A stretch of DNA of 62,551 bases, the filler included, from Collodictyon triciliatum (taxonomy: Eukaryota), in assembly GCA_043381765.1 (NCBI GenBank). It is 11 parts of 11 records of this genome, joined end to end, with 100 filler letters (N's around TTAATTAATTAA, not from the genome) between each part and the next. Parts side by side here need not be neighbours in the genome. Positions count along the whole stretch, not along the records: positions 1 to 5,912 come from JBHJMP010004843.1; positions 6,013 to 11,922 come from JBHJMP010004844.1; positions 12,023 to 17,931 come from JBHJMP010004845.1; 8 more parts are not named here. The stretch is one strand, 5' to 3'. Of the stretch, positions 1 through 12,253 are shown piece by piece. Position numbers and translations under genes: made by a program. Under the pieces are notes generated by a model. The model saw nothing but the letters and a program-made list of their open reading frames with translations. It ran no database searches and was not told the DNA's origin. Numbering within the stretch: position 1 is the first letter of the stretch; the number at the start of each line of letters is the position of its first letter.

Positions 1-2866
1 GAATGATGGGGAGAACTTTGTGATTGTCTTTCAAGAGGCCTACGATGCTGTCAAGTAATCTGGAAATCATATATCAAAGTTGGACATTGTAATTTTTTTC
101 TAATTCTATTATTGTAGGTTTTGTGTAGCGGTTCAGCACGATTTACAAGAAAAGGAATGGCCTGAATCGCTGCTGTCTCACCCGTTAGGAAAAGAAATAT
201 ACGAAGGCACAATGAAAGGGCTTCGTGTTCAAATGGTAAAAATAATTCATTTTCTTTCATGTTACATTTTTCGTCTCCACTTTATAGGATTAAAATTGTG
301 GTTTTTAAACATGTTTTTTTTTTATTTACTTGAGTGAACACGATGACACGCGAACCAGCTATTTAGTCATGTGAAATATATTCGATTATGTAGGGATTGA
401 ACACTGGAACATGCACTGTGAAAGAAGACGCAGTAACAGACCATACTCAATATACTGGAAAGGTAATATGTACACTAAAAATATTAATGAGCCCGTTTTC
501 AATAGTAATTATTATCTTTTCTATCAGTCAGTATTCTAAACATTTCGAAATTTTGAGTAGGCATACTCGTTGGCTGTTAAATATTGCAGAAAGGCACTCG
601 GTGGGCAGATTCTAATATCTGAACAAACTTACCAGGTAAGTAAAAGTTTGTAAACTTGACAGTAATCTGAGTACGTGAATTAGACTCGCCAAACTTATTC
701 CAGTTGACCATCACATTGTGCGCATTAAGTACTTATCTTTCATTTTAATTCAACCAGAGCTTGAAAGAAAGAATTGGAGAAATTCAAGTAGGAAATGTTA
801 TTAGACCCGTTAAGGCAGAGGAGCATGATTTAAAGCCACCCACAACATACGAAGTTTGAATTAATCTCTAGAGACGAATATTTCGCATCTCGTACTTGTT
901 TCCACTCATTTGGAGTAAACAAATAAAAAATTAAAATTCTAGATTTTTGCAAAGATAATGACAAAACGAGCTGAATATCTATCTAAATATCTGCACACAT
1001 CATACAATATGGAGGGCTCTCTCTACCTTTCTGTAAGTCTCCAAAAGGAATGTTCACATTTCTCCGCTTATTCCAAGTGATTCTTTTCTTTTTGATGAAA
1101 TATTTGAAGATTAATAGCACCTATATGAGGTTGACACTCACTAATTAATTTTTTTTTCTGGCTCCTTTCATCTGCAGACTACCGAGCAGCCTCATGCGGT
1201 TCATTTGCCACATATTCCAATCCCAGTCTCCTCTGAATCGAGTTTCAGAGCACCATCAAAGCTTCCTGATCTAGGAACAATAAAGATGGCTTCAAAATAT
1301 GGAGCTTCAGATGAAACAATGGCAGACAATGAAGCTGATTTGCCCAAAATTAAGGAACAGCCATCGTGGGAAATTGTATATAGCCAATTACAGCTTGATG
1401 AGAAGCCTTTAGGCACTGGTTCATATGGGACAGTTTATGTAGCAAATTACAAGGTGATACCATTTCTCTGACAAAAATTTTTGTTTCATGATTTCAATTT
1501 TCTGTAGTGGTGCACAAATTAGTGGGTAATTAAGTAATTTAATTCAAAAGGAATCTAAAGTGGCTGTGAAGAAGATGATTACCCAATCTCATAAGGATCA
1601 ATACTTTGTTGGATTTATCTCTGAAGTCAGCATTTTGAAGTACGATACTTTGATACTAATATCTGTCCAAAAGACGTACATTTAATCGAAAAGATTGATT
1701 GCATATTTTATGTATTTGAATGAATAATATGTAATTTTTTATTTCATTTTTTATTATTCATTATGACTGTGTTCCATTTCGTTCCATGAAAAACCTCAAA
1801 TATACTCACATTAGAAAACTTGAGCATCCAAATATTGTCAAGTTTATCGGTGCATGCACCAAACTACCAAACCTCGCAATTATCACAGAGCTTGTGGAGA
1901 GAGGAAACTTGCGTGATTACATTCGAAATAGGCGAAACGAGCTATCCAGCGAAAACAAGTTTGTCTATAATAAAAATAACCTCGTGACTTGATTTTGCCT
2001 AAGTGTGTCATGGAACGGGGGGAAAAAAAAAGCATGTACCCATTTATCATTTATGTATTATTGTTTCCTCGGCTTTGTTTTCTCAATAAACTGTTGAAAA
2101 GAGACCAAAAAAATCATTTATGTATTATTATGGCAGGTACAATATTGTGCTTGGAATATCAGATGGGATGAAGTATTTGCATTCACTAAAGCCATCTATT
2201 TTACACCGCGACCTGAAAACTGCCAACATCTTGGTCTGTTATGCATGTCCCATTCATTTTTCGATTCATTATGTAAATCATCAAAACAATATATATACGT
2301 CCTATATAAACACTTCTGCATACTTTGTTAAATTTGCTTGCGCTATACTCGAATCCAAATCTAGATTACGAATTCTTTTGAGGCCAAGATATGCGACTTT
2401 GGGTTTGCAAAAGTGCGAGTCCATAACCGTACCATGACAAAGTGTGGAACAATATCATACCAAGCACCTGAGGTATTTCTTTCAATCATACATTTCCTCA
2501 CACGCACAGCTACTTCACTACCCCCATACGAGCTAATTTTTGAGTGCTTGCATCCCATATGACTGTTTCGTTACATATAAGATTATGAGAGGTGACCGCT
2601 ACGACGAAAAAGCGGATGTGTACAGCTTTGGCATTATCCTATGGGAAATTGAGAGCCGCGAGCAACCGTATCCGGGAAAAGACTCTATTGCCATCCAATT
2701 TGAAGTCATGAAAGGATTGCGCCCTGAAATATACAAAGACATGGACAGCAAAATGGTGAAGCTGATGCGGGGGTGCTGGAGCGATGTAACGAGCAGTCGA
2801 CCAGAGTTCCATGAAATAAGCGAGACTGTCCAAACCATGAATCACTCTGGATCCAAGCAATCATAA
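1..2866 (+). CDS. 5'-partial multi-exon gene: degenerate class III nucleotide cyclase-homology domain followed by TKL-group Ser/Thr/Tyr kinase
   Basis: Spliced cyclase-like exons read NDGENFVIVFQEAYDAVK|FCVAVQHDLQEKEWPESLLSHP...KGLRVQM|GLNTGTCTVKEDAVTDHTQYTGK|AYSLAVKYCRKALGGQILISEQTYQ. Kinase motifs follow: LGTGSYGTVY, VAVKK, HPNIVKFIG, HRDLKTANIL, KICDFG, CGTISYQAPE, DVYSFGIILWE, CW...RPEF. Stop at 2864-2866; about 11 GT-AG introns. Confidence 0.9.
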
Positions 2867-3233
2867 CTTATTTGTTACGGCAAAGGATGGAACGCTTTCC
2901 ATAGCCACTCCAAAGGGAAGGCATCGGAAATACTTTTAGGATTTGTGGGTCTCTTGGCAACTACTTTCCCTGCAAATCACTGCTTAAGAATGAAAACATG
3001 AACGACAACGAGAACTCCATCGTCTTGCACAAACTGAAAGGAACGATAAATAAATAAAATAATGAACGAGAGCGAAAAGAAGACTGAAATAGAAATAGAG
3101 GCCTTGTAATGGCCATCGGATGGGACAGGAAAGAACGAACAATATCACCCACGCCGCGAGAGACCCGCAACCACTGGCTTCGTATCTCCACACGGCGAAC
3201 TCCACCCTTCTTTTCCACATCAATTTAACAAAT

Positions 3234-4338
3234 ATGGAAAATAGTCAACCACATGTTTTGTTCTCTTAGCGCTTTCCTGTGCAAACAGAATCACATAATC
3301 GCCGGCTTGTTGGATATGGCTTAGTTGCGATATGTTGACCAATTGCGCAACACTTTTAGAAGCAAGGAGTTTATGGACGAAGGGTTTCCAAGTGAAGGCT
3401 TCAAACAGGTTTCTCTTTGTCATCCAGTTTCTTGTTTTTTTTTTTTGAATTTTTTTTTTACTATATTTTCAAGTTTTTTAAATCTTTTTTTTTTATTATT
3501 ATTATTAGTTTTTCTTTTTATGTTGGACTCACTTGGCCATTATAAAACAATCACCTCATAGTTCTTGATAAGACTGGGCGAATGCTTCAAAGAGGCCAAT
3601 AGATCGTTTGATTCGTCTGAAGAAACTGCAAAAACCTTTTCTTTCTCCATCATCAGACAGATCGAAGAGAGCGATGTTGAAGTATGCTTTATCTTCGTCC
3701 TGCGACCCTTCTTCTAACCGCATCAATTTCTATCATATTCATATTCATTGTTCTTTGTCTTTTAACATTTGCCACAAAATAACAGGAGGATGAGAAAGAT
3801 TCTATCCAAATAGGCCATTTTCTTTGGACGCTCTTCCAAGACCTTGTGCTTTCTGAAAGCTATTTTGCCGAAGCCCCTCTCCTTCAATGGGCAAAAGATG
3901 TATGGCTCGGGCATTTCGAAGGTTTCTCTTTATCAATACGATACGCTGGGTACAAATATCCGATAGACCTGTCTATTGGCTATCAGTTCCAATATATAAC
4001 TTCGACGAAGCATGACATATAAACTTCATTTTAGACGGCGATAGCAAAGATCTTTTCATCCAGTACGCCCTTAAACAACCCATCGATCGAAATTATTCCC
4101 GTTTCTTCCCAGCTGAGCATAAACACTTTGCGAGTCCTGTTTCATTTTTGATCGTATATGGTGAATGTATTAATTGAAAAACTGTGTGATTAAAGGAGAG
4201 TTTTGATGAAAGATTTCGCCACGATTATTCAAAACCCAGACCCGATTAGAACATCAGAATGGAAAGATGTAATTAAATATCATTTCAAGACTGTGCTTAT
4301 CATGTATCATTATTTAAGTTGAATTAAGATACTCTGAA

Positions 4339-4436
<98 letters not shown>

Positions 4437-5785
4437 CATTATCATTTGCTGCTGCTGCTGCTGCTGCTATTGATATTATTAACGCCGCTGTCCCCTTCAA
4501 GTTGCTCATGAGGGGCGTTGTCGAATTTTTACACTCAACTCATCATTAGAATGTTTCTGAATATTAGTTTGTTCGAGTCTTGAAAACATACCCTTCCCTC
4601 GAGACTGTTACAAATGTAGGCCAATACCAATCCGTCCATAGCTCCTGGATATCTGGGTATCAACTTCAGCTTTTTCCTTGATTCATATTCAAGATATAAT
4701 CGATGTAAAGTGAATGAGGATGTGACTCTAACCATGAGTAATTAGACCTGATTTTTTCCTCTTTATTCGATGTATAACGATTAAACCCTCATACCTATGG
4801 ATTTTTTTGTATTCTAGTATTAGACCTTTCAGAGATGAGACTCTGCAAACAGCTATAGCCATTATAAAAGGAGATCTGAGAATCATAGATTCGCTATCAA
4901 TAAATCATGTTTCCAAAGTTCTCGCATATGTTTTTCATACGAAGCCGTATTTATCCAAGAATGAACTGAGGTTAACTTTTATTCTTTAAATAGATCAGAT
5001 TAATTTTTGAGAAAAAAACTCACAGGAAATAACATATATTCTCTAGCACATTCACCGAAAGCTTTGAAATTTCCCAAGATATCGACTTTGTTGATAAAAT
5101 GGGAATTTTGATCCTCAAACAGGATATTCTTGAGGTTTCGCTTCATAATTTTACAACAACATATGTAATTATATATGTATACAGTCAATTGCTTACAAGA
5201 GTTCTGTAATTGATAGGTTCTAGACCAGTTTTCAGAGAAGTTTAAAGATCATGGAACTTGGTTCACCACTCACATGTTCGAATTGATTTATCTAGCAGAG
5301 GGAAGAAGTCAAGATATCCAAGCCATTAGAGAGTAACATAAGTTTATTTATTCACCACGGCTTTCAAGTCTTAATTTACCTATATTTCCTCAATAAAAAT
5401 GATGCCTGTCGATTATTAATAGAACTCGTCCCTTTTTATATTTAGAGATACAATCAGAAAATACTGCATGTACCTTTCCTCATTCCCTCAAGACAAATTT
5501 GTGCCCGTCCAGTTTACATACATCGAGTATCTGTCGGATTTTCTTGCGGCTGAAACTGCGGTTGAGGTAATAATAGTTTTACAGAAAATGAGTTTTAAGA
5601 TGAATGTTGGGCTTCGTAATGACCCGAAGAATTATTTTCATTCTTCCTGGAAAGGGTGTATTTTACTAGCACTTTTATTATGATATAAAGATAATCGGGA
5701 AAGTCGAGGATGCCAATATTTTGGAGACTCTAGAAGAAAACGTGATATTCACGAGTAATCATAAGCTAAGATATTCACTCTACCA
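3234..5785 (+). CDS. 3'-partial multi-exon gene, probable nucleoporin Nup85-like alpha-solenoid
   Basis: Exons give FLWTLFQDLVL..PLLQW, VLKTYP..YQSVHSSW, IAIIKGD..VLAYVFHTKP, TWFTTHMFELI and IRE..YNQKYCMYL. The order and pattern match Nup85 motifs (ILxGD, WFxAHLxDLL, RExxLxxYA). Some exon junctions are ambiguous. Confidence 0.5.
4340..4468. repeat. (TTA)n microsatellite followed by (GCT)7
   Basis: Direct reading. Confidence 0.95.
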
Positions 5786-5912
5786 AGTAATATGATTATC
5801 GGTATGCTTATGTGTTTTGTTTTGTTTTGTTTTGTTTTGTTTTGTTTTGTTTTGTTTTGTTTTGTTTTGTTTTGTTTTGTTTTGTTTTGTTTTGTTTTGT
5901 TTTGTTTTGTTT

Positions 5913-6012
5913 NNNNNNNNNNNNNNNNNNNNNNNNNNNNNNNNNNNNNNNNNNNNTTAATTAATTAANNNNNNNNNNNNNNNNNNNNNNNNNNNNNNNN
6001 NNNNNNNNNNNN
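5913..6012. other. Artificial contig linker N44-TTAATTAATTAA-N44 (stops in all six frames)
   Basis: Identical 100-nt linkers also at 11923-12022, 17932-18031, 23941-24040, 29949-30048, 35957-36056, 41966-42065, 47971-48070, 53974-54073 and 59981-60080. Confidence 0.99.
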
Positions 6013-6666
6013 TTGTTTTTGTTTTTTGTTTTTTGTTTTTTGTTTTTTGTTTTGTTTTTTGTTTTTTGTTTGTTTTTTGTTTGTTTTTCTGTTTTTTATT
6101 GGTGTAGATTTAACAAACCAAAAAACACCCTTCCTCCCTCAAGTACAAAAATAGAAATAGAAAGGAAAATATCAATACCATAGTCTATATAAGGACATTA
6201 TTATTGTTTTATCCTATCGTCTATCGTAATCTGGAATCTATTGATTTTCGAAATTCTGTGACTCAACTTTAATTCTTATCGTTTGCAATTTCTTTCGCTT
6301 TGCTGATGTTTAGTTCGCGGCAGCTGTCATTCATTCAGCCATCATTCATTATTCATCCTTTTCGTTTTTATTCAATGACACCAAACACCAGTTACCAACC
6401 GACTTGTTTGTAGAATTACTGGATTTCTTGGCAACTACAAGGCGTATTTTCGGCTGTCCACCAATCGATGCTTTCACACGCTCGATTCAAGGCTCATTTT
6501 CCTCTCTTATTCACACAGACAACCGAGAACTTATTAAGAAAGCCTCTAATGAAAAAGCAATAAAGGTTGTCTAAATCAATATGAATCACTTTTCTTTTTG
6601 TTTCACTCGATTATCCACATACACAATTCCAATCTAACGTGCAATGACTATTGATTTTATTTTATT

Positions 6667-6856
6667 TTATTTTATTTCTTTTTCTTCTTCTTTTTCTTTT
6701 TCTTTTTCTTCTTTTTCTTTTTCTTCTTTTTCTTTTTCTTCTTTTTCTTTTTCTTCTTTTTCTTTTTCTTCTTTTTCTTTTTCTTCTTTTTCTTTTTCTT
6801 TTTCTTCTTTTTCTTTTTCTTTTTCTTTTTCTTTTTCTTTTTCTTTTTCTTTTTTT
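6667..6856. repeat. T/C low-complexity repeat (TTTTTC/TTC)
   Basis: Direct reading; it generates the spurious poly-K/F/S ORFs. Confidence 0.95.
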
Positions 6857-8557
6857 CATTTTTCTTGGACGGAATAACGCCATGGCGATCGAAAGCGCCA
6901 GCTTGAAGCAAACACAACCAAGCATAAGAATGGAGCCCTCCGCTCGATCAAAGCTTCCCAGCCAACTGCCACGTCCGCCTTCGAGGTAAGCAGAAACTGT
7001 ACAGAGCCAACTGCCACGCCTACAAACAAGCTTAGAAAGAACAAGCCCAAGTCCCGAAAGATCTTGAGTGGCATAACAAGATCATCAATCGGCGATTCGA
7101 TCAACTTCAAGCATGCGAAGCAGACTTTCCCAAAAGAAAAAAAATCTCCGAAAAGAGAGTTAAACAATACTTGACTCTTTCCTTTCTTTTTTTATTTCCC
7201 CATGCAAAGACAGGCCAGCTCTTTGCTACCCATTATCTGCGACATTCCTCCTGGCTTCATCAAGGGCAACATTGAAGGTGCGTCAAAAACAAAAATTTCA
7301 TCTTCCATAATCCACTACAAAGGTCAAAACGTTTTTGTTGATTGATGCGCTGAATAAGAATACCACATTTGAATTACCCTAAGCATAAGAAAGAAACTCA
7401 ATTTGCATGGTACATGTCTGCTTCTCCTTTCATAATCCGTCACAGAACGCAAGGAAGAAGCCAAAAGAAAAAATCATGGTAAACTCTACCGAAAATACCA
7501 ACAGGTCGAGCAGTCGAGTATAGAAAGAGAGCGTCGACCCTTTTAAACGCAACCACATGGAGCCATGGAAGAATCAGCGCCGCTCAAACAAGAAGCAATT
7601 CTCACAAGGGCCACAAAAAGAGCGGACGGGTTATTGGAAACGCGCCTCACACTAAAACTATCTGGGCAAGCAATCCAAGGTGCAGTAATATGAATTCAGT
7701 ACTATTTCTATTTTTCATTCAAAATGCAGGTTACTTTTTCATTGAAAGAGTAATTAATATACAAGGATAGTTCCTGAAGAAACCTATTTTTCCGTTGATC
7801 TGTCTGTTAATGCAAGGCACATTTGGAAAAAACGCTTACGTTGAATGGAAGGCGAGCACCTAAAACCTGGAAAACTGTGCGATGGCATTATGGTATTTTT
7901 ATATTCAAGTCTCGTGTGAAGCCTTCATGATGAAAATCTCAGGCTATGATTAACGGAGAGTATTACATGAGTATCGGTATTAAAATTTTATTTTGTTTGT
8001 AAATTTGGCATTCTATGGGAACATACGAACCATTACATATAATTTGAGACATTTGCACTATTTTGAATACATTATAGGGTAATATTGACACCGACCAGGA
8101 AGAATATCGATTCATGACGCTAAGATATGCAGAAATCACATTTCTTATATTTACGAAATATTTTAGCATTGATAAAAAAATTATGATTATATGATGCATA
8201 AGCAACCCGTATCAATATTGTCTATGAATCAAAAAAGCAATTGAGGAAGATACATAGAACTCGTATCATATTTTGAGAGACATACTTGTATTCACGAACA
8301 GTTTATTTCATAACAAAGAAAAATGAAATATTTGAGTTGTAATATTAAGCTTTGAGCAATAGTACAATATAACCTTGTTAGCCTATTGAAACTATCCAAA
8401 ATGCATTCAAAATAAAAATTGATAAATCAAACATTCATTCATGAAAAATCAGAATAGCTTGATTTGTATAGACTTGATTGATAATTGACACATATTATAA
8501 CCCATGAATACGATGTTTTTTATGCAACACAAACAAAGTTATAGGAAGATTCGAAAC

Positions 8558-11500
8558 ATGTCTGCAACCGAAACAAGCACCGAGGCCAACGTCAGCCTTG
8601 TCACCATTGATGAAGTCTGCACAAATACATACATTTTCATCAATAATTAATGCTATGTAATGAAGAGGATTGAATACTTTCGCTGACTACTGAGTACAGG
8701 CTGTCCTCGAATGGGTGAACCACCACCTGGGAAAAATCGAGCTCAAGGCGAAGAACATCCGCGATGACTTTATGGACGGGTTCTTTTTGGCCATGCTGAT
8801 TGGGATGGTCACCGGAAAGTCCTTGGGGAGCTACCATTCCCGCTTGTTTGCGTATGATTTATTAATGATGTTCATCTCAAATGTTTTCATGAACTGGCAT
8901 TTCATCCCTTTTATATATCAGTGACATAGCGATAGAGGAGGAGGTTCTTGTTGACGAAAATCAAAAACTCATTGTTGATTGGTTTCTGAAATTGAATGTG
9001 CATGATGAGGCTGCTGCTTCTCAGGCCCATTACGCTGGTTTGCTTTCAATATTTAAGGGAAATGTGTTTTGGAATTTTTCATATCTCATCCATTTAGATT
9101 GTATGAACGACATATAAATATTCCTACAGATTTGGTCTTCGCAATGCTCCAATATCTTATTGGACAAAGTGTTGGCCATTTGGGAAGTCTTGGGGTAACA
9201 ATATTCTTTTTCTTCATTTTTTATTTGCACTATTTTGAACCATATTGAGATGTAATTCCTAATCGTTAAAAATTGTAGAAGAAATGTCGTGAGAGGTACG
9301 ATATTGCTAAGAAGCTCTACGAAAGAGCAAAGGCCCCGTTTCCGTTTCATGGTTGAAATTTGATTTATCTTTACTTTTTTAGTGATTTTTTTTTTTATTC
9401 TTCCTTTCAATTTTGTGCAGGGTGGTGAAGATGTTGGCTTTGGTTTTTTTTTTTAATGATTTTTTATTTATTAATTCATTAGCTAAATTTGATTCAAATA
9501 TTGATGCAGGTTTTGGTCTGGAAGAAAGAGGCTCTGTTGTTCTCATCCGCACTTGCATTCTTCTTGACAAGGTAACAATTAAAAATGAATAAAATTTGAC
9601 CAGATACATTCCGTTTTGTGAAATATCATCATGCAAATTCAAACCAGATGAAGCTCGCTCGTGAAGACCTGAAGGAGAGGCAATACAAGAAGTGGAATCC
9701 GGCTCCACAAAGATACGTGACATCAACACCATTGCCGCTCATTGTCTTTGACGAGCGTGTCATCCGTGTTTTCCTTTCCTCCACTTTCCGTGACATGCAG
9801 CAAGAAAGAGACGAATTCTTCAAGAACGGAGTGCCTGAGTAAGTTCAATATATTTTTAAATAATTCGTGATTAGGAACAATTTGATGCTATTTATTTTTA
9901 CTAAAAGTGATATATTCATGTCAGGTTGAAAAGACTTGCGAAATCGAGGGGACTGGACCTTGTCTTTATCGATTTGCGCTGGGGACTGACTTCTGTGGAC
10001 AGTAGCGAGGGATGGGTAATTACAATAGTATTACCATTTTATTTTTTTGATATTTTTTTAGAATATGCTGCATTTTATTAAATAAAACCCTCAATTTTTT
10101 TTATTTATTAGGTTGTGATTCGCTGTCTGGACTCCATCGGAAAATGCCCATACTTTGTGTGCTCTCTCGGTGCGCGTTACGGCTGGATTCCTGACCAGAA
10201 CAAAACGGAGCTGAATAAACAAGCCCGCCTTAAGGAGCTGTTGATAACCCAGCCTGATGCCACCATGAAGGATGTCTCTGTGGAATGGCGCAGTGAAACC
10301 AATAGCCGCTTCCCTTTCATTGACGGAATGCCTGGGTTGAGTGTGACTGAATACGAGGTGAAGCCAATTTACAGTACACTATGTATCAATCATTATTAAG
10401 AAATTAAACAAATCATTCTCTAAATTATATATCCATATTTAGATTCAGTACGCCTGTCTGGTTGACAAAGCAGCATGCAGCCGCGCCTTCTTTTACCTCC
10501 GCGATGAGTACTATGCTGTCCAACATGCCAAGAGCGAGGGAGAAAGAAAGCTATTCCAAGCTGAAAGCGAAGAAGCTGTAAAAATTGATTTAACTTATAT
10601 TTTCGTTTTCAAGTAATTGCATTATTAATATTTAATGATTAGATTAATTGATATATATTTTAATGTATGTATAAGCGAAAGAGGCAGGAGGAGCTCAAAG
10701 AGAAAGTCAAGGCCAAGTTCGGGCATGTTGTCTACAAAGGAGCAAAGGAGTATTCGGACTTTGTGACCTACCATCTCTCCTATGCCATCGAGCGAGACTT
10801 TGGGAAGCAAACCGTATTTTTTTTTTATTTTTAATGGATTGAGATTTAAATATTGATTGGTGGTATATATTTCATTTCATTTATATTTTGTTATCATAAC
10901 TATTTTTTTTTTTATTCTTCCTTTCAATTTTTGTGCAGGACCGAGGGTTTGTTATCATAACTATAATATAGGTGAGAGACCCTGAAGACCAAGCGCAGCA
11001 CCAGTTCAAGATGCATCGACTGGTTGGGTTTGGCGGAAGAAAGGAGCTTCTCAAGACAATTACGGAGCAAGTAAGATGAAGATAAAGAGCAATTAATTAA
11101 AATGTCAATAATATCCTTTGACTTTTCTTTTCTTATATAAATTATTTTATCAGGCCATGAATCAGCTGGGCACCGAGAAATCCAAAATCATCGTTCTTGC
11201 TGCCGAGTCTGGTATTGGAAAGTCGTCGCTAATGGCTGCTATAGCGAGAGACCTCGAAGGGCTGAAGCATCCTGGGATGCATGTCTTTTTCCATTTTGTC
11301 GGATGCACCAACCTCAGCAACTACGTGGAAACGTTATTCTATTTTCATTTTTGTTTCTATAGATTTTTTTTATTCTTCCTTTCAACTTTTGTGCAGGACC
11401 GAGGGTTTTTTTTTTGTTTCTATAGATATAAAGACATTATATTGGTTTTTCTAAAAATATTTGTTTTATTTTAGTGTTTCGATTCGCTTCTGGACTTTGG

Positions 11501-11922
11501 TCACAAACTCTGCCAACTTTGTAGACCAAAAGAAGCAAGAAGCTGGTATTATATTTCTGTATTTTGCTTTTATCTTTTAATTTAAATGTCGCATAATTAT
11601 TCATGTATTTTATTTTATCTTGCCACCAGAATACGAAAAAGAGGGACTCCAGGGCTTGCTGAAGATGATTCAGGAGAAAAACAAGTAATTCTTCAATTTT
11701 TTGTATTTTTATATAAATCGAAAGTGAAATACTTTGAATCGAATAAAAAATTGACATTAAATTGTGTATTATAGGGACGAGAAGTTTGTTTTTCTCATCG
11801 ATGCCATCAACCAAATCCACCCGTCGCAAGGAACGCCAGCTCCGCATCTGCTGACCTGGTTGCCCAAAGAAACGCCACCTAATGTTGCGATGGTTGTGTC
11901 GACCATTCATACCCATGAATTT
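8558..11922 (+). CDS. 3'-partial STAND NTPase: calponin-homology-like N-terminus + DUF4062 + NACHT (TEP1/NPHP3/NWD-like)
   Basis: CH-like: AVLEWVNHHLGKIELKAKNIRDDFMDGFFLAMLI. DUF4062: IRVFLSSTFRDMQQERDE, IDLRWG, CLDSIGKCPYFVCSLGARYGWIP, SVTEYEI. Walker A AESGIGKS, FFHFVG, Walker B FVFLIDAINQI, then WLPKETPPNVAMVVST. Truncated at the contig end. Confidence 0.88.
9386..9445 (-). mobile_element. About 60-bp 3'-end fragment of LINE family A with poly(A), in an intron of the NACHT gene
   Basis: Tn-ATTCTTCCTTTCAATTTTGTGCAGGGTGGTGAAGATGTTGGCTTTGGTT is the reverse complement of the LINE 3'UTR (cf. 55566-55625). Imperfect TSD TTTTTTAGTGAT / TTTTTTAATGAT. Confidence 0.85.
10904..10947 (-). mobile_element. 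44-bp LINE-A 3'-terminal insertion with perfect 17-bp TSD
   Basis: TSD TTTGTTATCATAACTAT at 10887-10903 and 10948-10964 flanks Tn-ATTCTTCCTTTCAATTTTTGTGCAGGACCGAGGG. Confidence 0.92.
11365..11410 (-). mobile_element. About 45-bp LINE-A 3'-terminal insertion with perfect 17-bp TSD
   Basis: TSD TTTTTGTTTCTATAGAT at 11348-11364 and 11411-11427 flanks Tn-ATTCTTCCTTTCAACTTTTGTGCAGGACCGAGGG. Confidence 0.92.
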
Positions 11923-12133
11923 NNNNNNNNNNNNNNNNNNNNNNNNNNNNNNNNNNNNNNNNNNNNTTAATTAATTAANNNNNNNNNNNNNNNNNNNNNN
12001 NNNNNNNNNNNNNNNNNNNNNNTGAATTTTTTATGTTCCCCGAACTGTCCTGTTCGTGCCCTTAGCCCTTTGGAAAGACAGAAAGGAACGTAAAGTTGAA
12101 AGGTAAATGAATTGGACTAGTTGGACGGGACTG

Positions 12134-12253
12134 AACAAAACAAAACAAAACAAAACAAAACAAAACAAAACAAAACAAAACAAAACAAAACAAAACAAAA
12201 CAAAACAAAACAAAACAAAACAAAACAAAACAAAACAAAACAAAACAAAACAA
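12134..12253. repeat. (CAAAA)n microsatellite
   Basis: Direct reading. The same motif on the opposite strand is at 5814-5912 and 36057-36143. Confidence 0.95.

Noticed and set aside
4130-4135. Possible GC-AG intron (GCGAGT) in the Nup85-like gene
   Set aside because: An alternative all-GT model in another frame is also phase-compatible; undecidable without cDNA.
5957-5968. Regularly spaced TTAATTAATTAA as a biological repeat, CRISPR array or piggyBac site
   Set aside because: Always embedded in N44 flanks; it is a six-frame stop linker.
6644-6989. Poly-K/F/L/Y/N and FCFVL/FVCL ORFs here and elsewhere
   Set aside because: Translations of microsatellites.
6376-7900. GC-richer exon-like blocks upstream of the NACHT gene
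   Set aside because: Probably genic, but I could not build a consistent spliced model or recognise a domain.
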